A DNA stretch of 64,000 bases from an uncultured delta proteobacterium (GCA_963737905.1 CAVTUQ010000011.1:56924-120923), one strand, 5' to 3'; counted from the first letter of the stretch, positions 1 to 10,498 are shown. Notes: generated from the sequence alone by a model not told the origin. A program made the numbers and translations.

Positions 1-951
1 CATGGGGATCATTGTCCATAGCGGATTGCGAAACCGGTCGTGGCTATATTTTGGGCTGTCTCCCCGCATGGCGAAGTGGCGCATGGTTCCCTTCCCGGTA
101 TTGAAATGACCGTGCCACATGAGGTCTCCGGGCGAATAGACCGTGCCGACGTGAAACTCGTGTCGCACCCGGGGTTCGCCGTCTTTCCAGAGCATCACGT
201 AGCCTTCTCCCTGGGTGATGATGATCACGGCCCCGGGACCGTGGCGGTGAAAAGTGCTGCGGGACCCGGGGGGAAACTCCGACACGTGACAGCCGTAGGT
301 GGTGTCCGCCAGGGTGTAACGCATGTGTTTTACACCGTTGCCCTTCATCGGAAAATCATCGAGCACGAACTGATTGACATCCGGAACCAGATTGGTTTCC
401 CAATATCGGTCCGCCATATGTTTATTAAAGCGCAGAAACTCCTGCCCATCATGAAAACGGTCGCGGAAGTTAAACGGGTTGCGAAAGATAAAATCTTCAT
501 TGTGAAAAATATTGATCATGCGCGGGCAGGTGGTTCCGGCAAACAATCGGACCGGTTCGTCCCGGGAGCCGTTGAAATGTTGGTAAGAGGAGTTCAAGGG
601 AATGGCGAAGACCGCACCCGGTCCCCACTCGAAGGTCACTTTAGCGGTTCCCTCTTGCCACACCGAAGTGGCGCCCCGTCCTTTGACAATATAGATGATC
701 TCTTCAAAGAGGTGGCGCTGGGGTAGAGTTTGGCTGCCGGGCGGGATTTCACAGACATAGACGTCGGTTTGTTGTTGGTTGGCGAGATTGAGAAAGCAAC
801 CCGCGGCTCCCATTCTTTCCCAGCGGCCAAGCTCTAGTTCCATCACGTCGCTGACGACGTGCCCCCGGATGATTGGAATTCCTTCCTTGGCCTGCAGCTG
901 ATCGTAAGGCGTCGGTCCAAAGTCGAGATGCTCCCGAAAAGGCAAAAGCAT
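1..951 (-). CDS. Bicupin-domain protein, 3'-truncated by the window edge (missed by the ORF track); paralog of 20984..22111
   Basis: Manual minus-strand translation: ATG at 951 preceded by GGAGGAG; MLLPFREHLDFGPTPYDQ...EIPPGSQTLPQRHLFEEIIYIVKGRGATSVWQEG...HRHGPGAVIIITQGEGY...WHGHFNTG, open to position 1. Two cupin His motifs. Confidence 0.85.
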   Translation of the reverse strand, partial: MLLPFREHLDFGPTPYDQLQAKEGIPIIRGHVVSDVMELELGRWERMGAAGCFLNLANQQQTDVYVCEIPPGSQTLPQRHLFEEIIYIVKGRGATSVWQEGTAKVTFEWGPGAVFAIPLNSSYQHFNGSRDEPVRLFAGTTCPRMINIFHNEDFIFRNPFNFRDRFHDGQEFLRFNKHMADRYWETNLVPDVNQFVLDDFPMKGNGVKHMRYTLADTTYGCHVSEFPPGSRSTFHRHGPGAVIIITQGEGYVMLWKDGEPRVRHEFHVGTVYSPGDLMWHGHFNTGKGTMRHFAMRGDSPKYSHDRFRNPLWTMIPM

Positions 952-1175
952 GTTTGAGTCTCCTCCGCAGTTTCACATTTGTAAGCACAATCGTCCACCG
1001 GAGACAACCGATTCGCGATCTTGAGTATTGCGTGTCGAGGTTTGCTCGAACACTCACTGTCGCCGCCACTTTTTAGAGCAGTAACTGCATAAAAATTAGA
1101 CTCCGCACTACCCCAAACGGAACCATCTGAACTGCCAACCACTCATCGCGCAAGTAAAATCACGAAAGTGACTCT

Positions 1176-1191
1176 TGGTACGTTTTCTGCT
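1176..1191 (+). promoter_or_regulatory. Putative sigma54 (-24/-12) promoter upstream of glgP
   Basis: TGGTACGTTTTCTGCT matches TGGCACG-N4-TTGCW with correct GG/GC spacing, ~150 nt before glgP. Confidence 0.5.
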
Positions 1192-1339
1192 CCTTAACCG
1201 ATAAGTCAGCACGGAGGAGGTCCAATCCCTCCTGAGACTTTCTCCAACTCACCGCGGAGATGGTATTCGCTGCCGTCTCCCGGTGAGAAAATTTTCTGGC
1301 CAAATGGAAAACAACGCGTTAGGAGATTGAGACTCCTCG

Positions 1340-3049
1340 ATGCTACCCAGAGAAATGCGACCTGGCTCTATCGCGTACTTTTCCATGGAGGTTGGTCTCG
1401 ACCCTTCAATGCCCACCTATAGCGGCGGCCTCGGTATCCTTGCCGGAGATACCTTGCGTGCCGCCGCCGATCTCGGTCTCCCCATGATCGGCGTAACCCT
1501 TTTGCACCGCCAAGGTTACTTCCGCCAACACTTGGATTTGACAGGCAACCAGCTTGAGAGCCCCGCAGTTTGGAATTTTGAAGAGGTTCTGGAACCTATG
1601 GCGCCGCGTATCCTGGTGCCCATTGAGGGGCAACAGGTTCACCTTTGCGCGTGGCGTCACTTGGTCCGTGGCGTGTTCGGCCACACCGTTCCGGTTTACT
1701 TCCTCGATACCGGTCTCGAAGACAACAGTCCCGGAGAACAGAGCCTGACGGATTCGCTCTACGGTGGAAACTCTTACCACCGCCTGTGTCAGGAAGTCGT
1801 GCTGGGAATGGGCGGCATGGCGATGCTGGACGCCCTCGGCTTCAAGAACATCAATACCTATCACATGAACGAGGGACATGCCGCATTGCTGACCCTGGCG
1901 CTTTTAGAACAGCAAACAAACGGAGGGGGGCTGCCGGCGGCAAGCGATTGGGACAGAGAGGCGGTTCGACAACGCTGCGTCTTTACTACCCACACTCCGG
2001 TGCCGGCAGGGCATGACCAATTTTCTATTGATCTTATCAGCCGTGTTCTGGGGCCAGAACGATTGGCCGCCTTGGAGACAATGCAGTGTATGTCGAACGG
2101 CTCCCTAAACATGACCTATCTGGCACTGCAGCTGTCTCGTTACGTTAATGGCGTGGCCATGCGCCACGGGGAAATTTCCCGCAATATGTTTCCCCACTAT
2201 CCCATTGACTCCATCACCAACGGTGTCCACGCTTTGACCTGGACCTCCCTCCCCTTTCGCAACCTTTTTGATCGTTACATTCCGGAGTGGCGGCGCGACA
2301 ATTTCTATTTACGTTATGCCACAAAAATTCCGCTGGCAGATGTGCGCCGCGCTCACACCCTCGCCAAACGCGAATTATTGGCCAGGGTCGCCCAGCGCAC
2401 GGGAACCCATCTCGCCGAGAATGTCATAACGCTCTGCTTTGCCCGCCGAGCCGCAACCTATAAACGCGCCGATTTATTGTTCGAAGATCTCGAGCGCCTC
2501 AAAAGCATCGCCCAGCGGGCCGGCCCGTTTCAGGTGATCTACGGCGGGAAGGCCCATCCTCAGGATGACGAGGGGAAAGCCGTGATCCGGCGGATTTTCG
2601 AGTTTGCGGCCAGCCTGGGGGACAATGTCCGGATTGTCTATATAGAGAACTACGACATGGAGTTGGCTCGGTCGCTCTGCGCAGGAGTGGATCTCTGGTT
2701 GAACACTCCACAGAGGCCCATGGAGGCTTCTGGCACGAGCGGCATGAAGGCAGCCCTCAATGGCGTTCCGAGCTTGAGCATCCTGGACGGCTGGTGGATC
2801 GAAGGTCATGTGGAAGGGGTCACAGGCTGGGCCATCGGCGACCGCTACGACAGCGGGATTGACCTTGCCGAAGAGGCAAATTCTCTCTACGACAAACTGG
2901 AGCATGTCATTCTGCCCTTGTTTTACGGCCAGCCCGAGGCCTATACGGAGATCAGGCGCTCAACCATCGCGTTGAACGGCTCATTCTTTCACACGCAACG
3001 CATGGTGTTGCAGTATTTGCGGAATGCCTATTTGGGCGTTGAACCCTAA
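1340..3049 (+). CDS. glgP: Alpha-glucan (glycogen/maltodextrin) phosphorylase, short form
   Basis: AYFSMEVG, YSGGLGILAGD, HMNEGHAA, FARRAATYKRA, EASGTSGMK (PLP lysine), DGWW. Confidence 0.95.
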   Translation: MLPREMRPGSIAYFSMEVGLDPSMPTYSGGLGILAGDTLRAAADLGLPMIGVTLLHRQGYFRQHLDLTGNQLESPAVWNFEEVLEPMAPRILVPIEGQQVHLCAWRHLVRGVFGHTVPVYFLDTGLEDNSPGEQSLTDSLYGGNSYHRLCQEVVLGMGGMAMLDALGFKNINTYHMNEGHAALLTLALLEQQTNGGGLPAASDWDREAVRQRCVFTTHTPVPAGHDQFSIDLISRVLGPERLAALETMQCMSNGSLNMTYLALQLSRYVNGVAMRHGEISRNMFPHYPIDSITNGVHALTWTSLPFRNLFDRYIPEWRRDNFYLRYATKIPLADVRRAHTLAKRELLARVAQRTGTHLAENVITLCFARRAATYKRADLLFEDLERLKSIAQRAGPFQVIYGGKAHPQDDEGKAVIRRIFEFAASLGDNVRIVYIENYDMELARSLCAGVDLWLNTPQRPMEASGTSGMKAALNGVPSLSILDGWWIEGHVEGVTGWAIGDRYDSGIDLAEEANSLYDKLEHVILPLFYGQPEAYTEIRRSTIALNGSFFHTQRMVLQYLRNAYLGVEP

Positions 3050-3053
3050 CAGA

Positions 3054-3107
3054 TTGGAATACTGGAATGATGGATGTAAAACCCAAAATTCCAACACCCC
3101 ATTTCCC
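3054..3107. repeat. Degenerate 8-nt tandem/inverted repeat hairpin between convergent glgP and pfp
   Basis: TGGAATAC TGGAATGA TGGA ... CCAAAATT CCAACACC CCATTTCC; same unit family as 13785..13838. Confidence 0.55.
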
Positions 3108-4436
3108 CTAAAACCCACCGCCCAGGTCGGTCAGGACGTGCTCGAATTTTTTTCTGAATGCTTCTGTCGATAGCGGTTTTTCACCACTGGAAACAGCGCG
3201 CGCCAATTTTTCGAGACGTTCAAGATTTTCGAAATCCTCCCGTTCCAATCGAATCATATACTCGCGGGCCACTTTGTAGGCGGGCTTGGAGATGTCGACG
3301 GGCCGCACGGACGTCTTTTTTGTTCTCGAGTCCATGAGGTCTTCGAACTTGAGATAACGCAGCTGGCCGTCAACGATGCAGACGAGGGCTCCATCGATTC
3401 TTGATGTCGATTCGTCAGGGTTTAAAAGAAATTCCACCGCGCCATAGCCGAGGGTCTTCACGTACTCGCAATCAAAAGCTACCGGTGGAGCGCAACGAAG
3501 TTCATAACCGATGGTTTTGTGAACGATGGTAAGATTCTGGCCACGCTCCGCGAAACGCCGTTCAACCAGATTCTTCAAAATGTAAGCCAGATCAAGCTCG
3601 GCAAGGCGGAGATGGCCGTAGCTGTCGTGCAGAATTTGCACGCCCTCGATGCTTGTCAGCTCTTCCACAGGCATGCGTTCAAGCAACCCCTCGGCGATGA
3701 CCGCGACCCCATCATGTCGTTGCCATAACGCTTGCCGCTTTAAGATGGCGCCCTCCAAGAGATCTCCTACCGTTTTAAGGTGAACAGAACCGGGGAATTC
3801 CTCAGGTATCACGGAAAGTGTAGCGCCGGCGGCTTTGCCGACGCCGAGCGCTAGATGCCCTGCGGTTCGTCCCATGACCACAACAAAATACCAGCGATGC
3901 GTGGTGCGGGAATCCTCCATCAAGTTATGTACAATTTCAAAGCCGTGCTGGCGCGCTGTTTCAAAGCCGAATGTCGGCATTTCTCCCGGCAGCGGCAGAT
4001 CATTATCAATGGTCTTGGGGACATGACACACTCGAATCCTTCCGGCCGAGCACTTGGCCACCTGGCTCGCCGCGTACATCGTATCGTCGCCACCGATCGT
4101 TACCAGGTATCCGACCTGTAGCATTTTTAGGACGGCAACAACCTGTTCCATGTCCTTGGTTTTTTTGGTCGGGTTCGCGCGGGATGTGTTGAGAATCGAG
4201 CCGCCGGCGAAGTGAATCCGGGAAACGTCGTCGTGATCAAGAAGTTTGGTCCGGTCGATTCTTCCTTCCATCAGGTGAGAAAATCCGTCGTAAATCCCGA
4301 CGACCTGATGGCCGCGATTACCGGCCTCAAGGGTGACAGCACCGATGGCACCATTGATCCCCGGAGCCGGCCCTCCGCCAACGATGATGCCGACTCGATC
4401 TCTGCCGTCCGAAGGACGCGATGAATTAGCCGTCAT
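3108..4436 (-). CDS. pfp: Pyrophosphate-dependent 6-phosphofructokinase
   Basis: GGGPAPGIN, GGDDT (Asp = PPi type), PKTIDND (Lys = PPi type), MGRTAG, GYELR. Confidence 0.9.
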   Translation of the reverse strand: MTANSSRPSDGRDRVGIIVGGGPAPGINGAIGAVTLEAGNRGHQVVGIYDGFSHLMEGRIDRTKLLDHDDVSRIHFAGGSILNTSRANPTKKTKDMEQVVAVLKMLQVGYLVTIGGDDTMYAASQVAKCSAGRIRVCHVPKTIDNDLPLPGEMPTFGFETARQHGFEIVHNLMEDSRTTHRWYFVVVMGRTAGHLALGVGKAAGATLSVIPEEFPGSVHLKTVGDLLEGAILKRQALWQRHDGVAVIAEGLLERMPVEELTSIEGVQILHDSYGHLRLAELDLAYILKNLVERRFAERGQNLTIVHKTIGYELRCAPPVAFDCEYVKTLGYGAVEFLLNPDESTSRIDGALVCIVDGQLRYLKFEDLMDSRTKKTSVRPVDISKPAYKVAREYMIRLEREDFENLERLEKLARAVSSGEKPLSTEAFRKKFEHVLTDLGGGF

Positions 4437-4494
4437 GACTGCTATCGTCTCCGATTAATCTCACCGATCGTTTCGTTATTAATGTTTGTTCGAG

Positions 4495-4510
4495 CGCAAT
4501 TGACGTGCCA
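4495..4510 (-). promoter_or_regulatory. Putative sigma54 promoter for pfp
   Basis: Minus strand TGGCACGTCAATTGCG matches TGGCACG-N4-TTGC exactly, ~60 nt upstream of the start. Confidence 0.75.
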
Positions 4511-4794
4511 TACCCGGTTAACAAAAAGCCGCGGCCGCTAGCGCCGCCTCGGCCTATGACATCCGATCAAATAGTAACGAAAAAGTGATTGAATGTTGAA
4601 ACTTGCTCTAAAAATATGCAGCGGGTGACTGAATTCTCATCACGCGGAATGAGCTCTCCGGTCATTCTCTCCGAGAATACCTCTACCACGTGCGTCGCGT
4701 CGCGGAATAGAAGTTGCTTTCATTGAGTGACGAAAGTCTAATTTGCAGTGGCCGAAACTTTCTTTGAACCGTAGTATGCGGGGAACAATGAGTT

Positions 4795-5808
4795 ATGTCT
4801 ACCAAAATCGCCATTAACGGATTCGGCCGCATTGGCCGGCTTGCCCTACGCGCGATGCTCGAACGACACAAGCAAGAGATCGCTGTTGTCGCAGTCAACG
4901 ACATGGCTGACTTACAAACCAATGCGCATCTCTTCCGTTACGATTCAACTTACGGAATTTTTCCGGGGCGGATCGAGACGGACGAGGGAGTCTTGAAAAT
5001 CGACGATTGGGAGATCATCGTTCTCAATCAAAAAGACCCCCCGCGGTTGCCGTGGCAAGCGCTCGGCGTCGATATCGTTATCGAGTCCACCGGCGTCTTT
5101 ACCGACGGCGCTCAAGTGCGGGCCCATTTGGAAGCGGGAGCAAAAAAAGTCATCATCACTGCACCCGCGACGAACGAGGACATCACGTTGGTCTTGGGGG
5201 TCAATGACTCCGCCTACAATCCAGACAAACATCATATCGTTTCCAACGCCTCCTGCACGACGAACTGCTTGGCTCCGGTGACAAAAGTGCTGCAAGAGAT
5301 TTTTGGCATCGAGCGCGGGCTGATGACCACGACGCACTCCTACACCAACGATCAACGGACGTTAGACCTCATGCACAAAGACCTGCGCCGCGCGCGCACT
5401 GCGGCCATGAACATCATTCCAACCACTACGGGCGCGGCAAAAGCGATCGGCCTTGTGATGCCGGAACTAAAAGGCGAACTCCATGGACTGTCTCTCAGGG
5501 TGCCCACTTCCACTGTCTCCATTGTCAACTTGGTGGTCGACCTCGAGAAGCCTGCGTCAACCGAGGCCGTTAACGACGCTTTGAGAACCGCTGCGGACGG
5601 TGCTTTAAATGGCATCTTGGGTTTTTGCGACGAGCCACTGGTTTCGAGCGATTTCCGCGGCAACGCCGCGTCCTCAATCGTTGATGGTCCATCCACCGTA
5701 GTCATGGAAGGTAAAATGGCTAAAGTTCTATGCTGGTACGATAACGAGTGGGGCTACAGTTGCCGAGTGGGTGATCTGGCCGCCTTTATGGCTGAAAGAG
5801 AACTGTAA
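4795..5808 (+). CDS. gap: Type I glyceraldehyde-3-phosphate dehydrogenase
   Basis: INGFGRIGR, catalytic SNASCTTNCL, WYDNEWGYS. Confidence 0.97.
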   Translation: MSTKIAINGFGRIGRLALRAMLERHKQEIAVVAVNDMADLQTNAHLFRYDSTYGIFPGRIETDEGVLKIDDWEIIVLNQKDPPRLPWQALGVDIVIESTGVFTDGAQVRAHLEAGAKKVIITAPATNEDITLVLGVNDSAYNPDKHHIVSNASCTTNCLAPVTKVLQEIFGIERGLMTTTHSYTNDQRTLDLMHKDLRRARTAAMNIIPTTTGAAKAIGLVMPELKGELHGLSLRVPTSTVSIVNLVVDLEKPASTEAVNDALRTAADGALNGILGFCDEPLVSSDFRGNAASSIVDGPSTVVMEGKMAKVLCWYDNEWGYSCRVGDLAAFMAEREL

Positions 5809-5827
5809 CTCCGCGCCACCACCGAGT

Positions 5828-8595
5828 TTAACCGCTATTGCGAAGCCCCGCCGCGATACCGTTGATCGTCAGAAGGACGGCCCGCTTGATTCTCTCATCG
5901 GTGTGGCCGCTTCGATAACGTCTGAGGGCTTCACTTGAAGGTGATTGAGCGGGTCGATGTAGGGCACATGATTACGAAAACTGCGCGCGAGCCAAGGGTT
6001 ACAATCGAGTAATGCGGCTTGCTGGGTGATCGTTAGCAAGTGACGGATGCTAGACTGGATCTCCTGGCGGATACGGCCGAAGATGCGCTCACGCAACTCA
6101 TTATCGGGAACCAGATCGGCCTAAAGCGACGCGATGTGAATATCGCTTTTGGCCAGCACCATGTCCATGTTGGACAGTAACGTACTAAAGAAAGGCCAGC
6201 GGCCGTACATCTCGCGCAGTAGCTCCGTGCCGGCCGGCCCACGCCGCGCGAGGAAAGTATCCACCGCGGTCCCAAAGCCGTACCATCCCGGCAGCATAAT
6301 ACGCGCCAGCGACCAACTGAAGACCCATGGAATGGCCCGTAGGTCTTCAATGCACTCCAAGGTCGTTCGCGAGGCAGGTCGGCTGCCTGCATGGAGTTCC
6401 GCGATTTCGCTGATGGGCGTAGCCGCACGGAAGAAGTCGACGAACCCGGCAGTCTCATAAACCAGCGAGTGATACGCGCCGTAGGCTTCCTTCGACAGTT
6501 CCTCCATTGCCTCAAGGTAGGCATTCTCTACTTTTATACTGGGCCTCACCAATGTTGCCTCCAAGGTCGCAGCCACGAGGGTTTCCAGGTTTAGGCGACC
6601 GATGTCTGGATCGGCGTATTTGCTGGTAATGACTTCCCCCTGCTCGGTGATGCGAATCTGTCCTGATATCGTTCCCGGCGGCTGGGCTAGAATAGCTTGA
6701 TAACTGGGTCCGCCGCCCCGTCCTACGGTTCCACCCCGGCCGTGGAACAGGCGCAGCTTTAGACCATATCGGCGACACACTTCCACCAAACCGACCTCCG
6801 CCTTATACAATTCCCAGTTCGATGTTAGGTAGCCGCCCTCTTTGTTGCTGTCCGAATAACCCAACATGATTTCCTGCACATCTCCAGAGCCCGCCAGGAG
6901 CCGGCGGTACAGAGGCAAGCTCAAGAGTTCGTCCATGATCGCCGTCGATTGGCGCAGGCCGCCGATGGTTTCGAACAGGGGCACAATGTTCATGGCAAGC
7001 CCCGGTCGCTCGCCCGGACGCAGGAGACCCGCCTCCTTCAGTAACAACAGAGCTTCAAGCAGGTCGCTCATCGCCGTGGTGGTGGAGACAATGGTGGTCG
7101 GCAACGCTTCGCGCCCGTAGCGTTGGTGCAGTTCGGCTGCGGCGTCGAAGATCTGCAACTCTTTTTGCGTTTCGTCGCTATAAGAAGCGTGGGGAGAGCG
7201 CAGCAAGCGCGGCAGCATCAATTCCTCCAAGAGCCAGCGCTGCCGGTCGGATTCGTCCAGCCCACGGTATCCTTCGCGGCGTGCGCCCACAAGAAAAAGT
7301 TCGGCCACGACCCGTTCTTGCACCGAGCTATTTTGCCTGAGATCCAAAGGCGCCAGATGGAACCCGAACACCTGAACGGCTCGTCGCAGGGTGCGCGACC
7401 GGCCGCGCGCAATGCGACCGGAGCCGTGCCCCACAAGGGAATCGGCAATGATCTTCAGCTCTCGTCCCAGCTCCTCCGGGCTGGTATAGGGGTGAATGTT
7501 GGTATGCGGCGCCCTCTCCGCCGCGAGCGGGTCAAAGGCACGTGACGTCATGGCAATCCGGCTGTAGATTCCGCTTAACGCCAAACGGTAGGGTTCGTCG
7601 CGACGGTGCTCGGATTCGTCCGAAGAAAGCGCAGCAAGCTCTTGCAGCTCCGGAGTCACCTGCACGAGCCGGAGGGATTGCGAGAGTTCCATTCGCAGCT
7701 GACGAATTTGCGTCAGATAGAAGTCGAAGGCCACTGAGGACTGGCGGTAGAGCGCATAGCGGATAACGTCGTGAGTCACGTAAGGATTGCCGTCGCGGTC
7801 GCCGCCAATCCAACTACCCAACCGTAGGAAGCCGGGAACCTCAAACCGGGTGCTAGGCCAATGGACTTCGAGAAGATCTTCGAGCGCGCCGTAAAGCCTC
7901 GGCAGCTGCTCCAGAAAAGTCGTGCCATAATACGAAAGGCCATTGTCGATTTCATCGCTCACGGCAAGCCTCAATTCTCTCAGAATGCGGGTCTGCCAAA
8001 GAGTCAGAATACCCCGGCGGAGCCCTTCTTCGTTCAGCGCCTGTTCCTCCGCCGTGTGGCGAAATCGGTCGCGTCGATCGAGGAGAATGGCAATCTCCCG
8101 CAGGCAGTCGAGAATACTCTTACGCTGCACCTCCGTGGGGTGAGCGGTCAGAACCGGGGAGATCAAAGCGTTGCAAAGAAAACCCTGCAGATCTTGCGGC
8201 GCCACTCCGGCATCCGCTGCGCGCTTAAGGGCGATCGCCAAGCTGCCTTCCTGAGGGGGTGAGCCCGCCAATTCGTAGGCACGCCGGCGCCTGTTGTGGT
8301 GCAAGTCCTCGGCGATGTTGCTCAGCTGGGAAAAATAGGTAAACGCCCGGACCACCGACATGGTTGCGTCGCGACTCAATTCCCTGAGCGTCGTTCCGAG
8401 TTCGTCGCGCGCCTGCAAATCGCCATCCCGGCGGAAGCGAACGGCCGTCTGGCGAATGTGCTCGACCAGGTTGAAGGCCTCTTCTCCTTCCTGCTCGCGC
8501 AGATTTTCGCCAAGCAAACGTCCGAGAAGCCGAATGTCTTCTCGTAAGTGCAGGTCTTTATCGATAGCCGGATCGGGCCCTTCGTCGAGGTTCAT
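5828..8595 (-). pseudogene. ppc: Phosphoenolpyruvate carboxylase disrupted by an in-frame TAG and a 1-nt frameshift near the C-terminus
   Basis: ATG at 8595 with GGAGG; VLTAHPTE, WIGGDRDGNP, MLGYSDSNK, FHGRGGTVGRGGGP, LRAIPWVFSW. TAG at 6121-6123 reads ASL*ADLVPD. Frameshift near 5931, after which the shifted frame gives [34 protein letters not shown] (stop 5828-5830). Confidence 0.85.
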
Positions 8596-8869
8596 GGCGC
8601 CTCCGAAATCGCCGCTTTTCTCCGCCTTTCCAGGCGAGCTCGGTTTAGCCCCGGCCGATGTTTTGATTGCCAGGTCCGTTTCGAGAATTGGTTCCGCAAC
8701 TAAGGAACTTGGAGGCAAAACGCATACCAAAGACGTGTCTGAATAACCTGCGAGTGCTTCGAACAACCGCTGAAATTGAAGCTTATGCCTGAAAGGTTCT
8801 TTCCAGGCATAGGCCAGGTAGCCTTGATCCCCTGTTCGGTTTGCCCTATTTTACCCGCAAACTAGCGAG

Positions 8870-10498
8870 ATGAATCACTCGTCCAGAACTAGAAAGACTT
8901 CGCGACTGGCGAACTTCAAATGGTGGGAACGCGGCATCATCTATCAGATCTATCCGCGCTCGTTTATGGACAGCGACGGCGATGGCGTGGGAGATCTCGC
9001 CGGCATCCGGAGCAAACTCGCCTATTTGCAATGGCTCGGCGTTGACGCGATCTGGATCTCGCCCATCTATCCATCGCCGATGGCGGATTTCGGCTACGAT
9101 ATCAGCAACTACACCGATATCGATCCGATCTTTGGCTCTCTCAGTGATTTCGACATGTTGCTTGCCGACGCCCATGGACGCGGCCTGAAAGTGCTGCTCG
9201 ACTACGTTCCCAACCATACTTCGGATCAACATCCCTGGTTTCTCGATTCGCGCTCGTCGCGCGATAGCGCTAAGCGCGACTGGTACATTTGGCGCGATCC
9301 TAAAACGGGCGGCGGTCCGCCCAATAATTGGCTTGCAAATTTCGGCGGCGGCGCTTGGGAATGGGACGAGAAGACCGGGCAATATTACTATCACGCCTTT
9401 CTAAAAGAACAGCCCGATCTCAACTGGCGCAACCTTGATGTGCAGGAAGCGATGCTCAACGTGCTCCGCTTCTGGCTCGAACGGGGCGTGGACGGCTTCC
9501 GCGTCGATGTCATGCATCACATGGTCAAGGACGACGCGTTCCGCGACAATCCGAAGAATCCCGACTGGCGGCCGGGCATGTCGCCCTACCGCGAGTTGCT
9601 GACGACGTACACGGCTGACCTTCCCGAGGTGCAAGAGATCGTCGCAAAATTGCGCGGCGTCGTGGAAGAGTATAACGAGCGCATGCTGGTGGGTGAAATC
9701 TATCTGCCGATGGAACGATTGATGGCTTACTACGGCGCGAGCGGCAAGGGCGCCCACCTGCCATTCAACTTTCAATTGATTCAACTGCCATGGAATGCGC
9801 TGGAGATTGCGGCCGCGGTGGAGCGCTACGAGGCGCTGCTGCCCTCCTATGCTTGGCCGAACTGGGTACTCGGCAATCACGACAAATCCCGCATCGCCAC
9901 CCGGGCGGGGGCGGCTCAGGCACGGGTAGCTGCGATGCTGCTGCTAACATTGCGCGGCACACCGACGATGTACTGCGGCGATGAAATCGGCATGCATGAT
10001 GTCGTTATCCCCATGGAGCAGGTCCGAGACCCGTTCGAGAAGAACGTACCGGGTTTGGGGTTAGGCCGTGATCCCGAGAGAACCCCCATGCAATGGAGTG
10101 GCAGCGAGCAGGCAGGCTTCACTAGCGGTAGACCCTGGCTGCCAATAGCGGACGATTACCAAACGGTCAACGTCGCGCTGGAGCGCGACCGCGCGAGTTC
10201 GATTCTGACTCTTTATCGCCGTTTGATCGAGCTACGTCGCGCAGAGCCCGCTTTGTCGGTAGGAGGGTTTGCACCTTTACCGGTGCGCGACGATCTGATG
10301 GCTTATATTCGCAAGACAGATGATCGAAGGCTACTGGTCGTACTCAATCTCGGAGCAAGACCGGAAAGCTTTGGCATATCCGACTTGCAATGCCGCGGGT
10401 CCATGCTGCTTTCGACGTATCTCGATCGTGATCCAGATACGCTACGCGACAGACTCGATTTGCGCGGCGATGAGGGAGCGATTATCGAGTTGTTGTGA
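8870..10498 (+). CDS. GH13 alpha-glucosidase / oligo-1,6-glucosidase family
   Basis: YQIYPRSF, DFGYDISNY, VPNHTSDQHPWF, QPDLNW, GFRVDV (nucleophile), GEIY, GNHD, RTPMQW. Confidence 0.93.
   Translation: MNHSSRTRKTSRLANFKWWERGIIYQIYPRSFMDSDGDGVGDLAGIRSKLAYLQWLGVDAIWISPIYPSPMADFGYDISNYTDIDPIFGSLSDFDMLLADAHGRGLKVLLDYVPNHTSDQHPWFLDSRSSRDSAKRDWYIWRDPKTGGGPPNNWLANFGGGAWEWDEKTGQYYYHAFLKEQPDLNWRNLDVQEAMLNVLRFWLERGVDGFRVDVMHHMVKDDAFRDNPKNPDWRPGMSPYRELLTTYTADLPEVQEIVAKLRGVVEEYNERMLVGEIYLPMERLMAYYGASGKGAHLPFNFQLIQLPWNALEIAAAVERYEALLPSYAWPNWVLGNHDKSRIATRAGAAQARVAAMLLLTLRGTPTMYCGDEIGMHDVVIPMEQVRDPFEKNVPGLGLGRDPERTPMQWSGSEQAGFTSGRPWLPIADDYQTVNVALERDRASSILTLYRRLIELRRAEPALSVGGFAPLPVRDDLMAYIRKTDDRRLLVVLNLGARPESFGISDLQCRGSMLLSTYLDRDPDTLRDRLDLRGDEGAIIELL

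Noticed and set aside
40-726. 228-aa plus-strand ORF
   Set aside because: Exact antisense of the minus-strand bicupin, which has an RBS and family motifs.
6121-6123. In-frame TAG in ppc as pyrrolysine or programmed read-through
   Set aside because: It falls at a conserved Tyr position, a frameshift follows downstream, no pyl genes are in the window, and other genes here use TAG as a normal stop.
8596-8766. N-terminal extension of ppc in the ORF track
   Set aside because: TTG start with no RBS; ATG 8595 has GGAGG and matches the family start.
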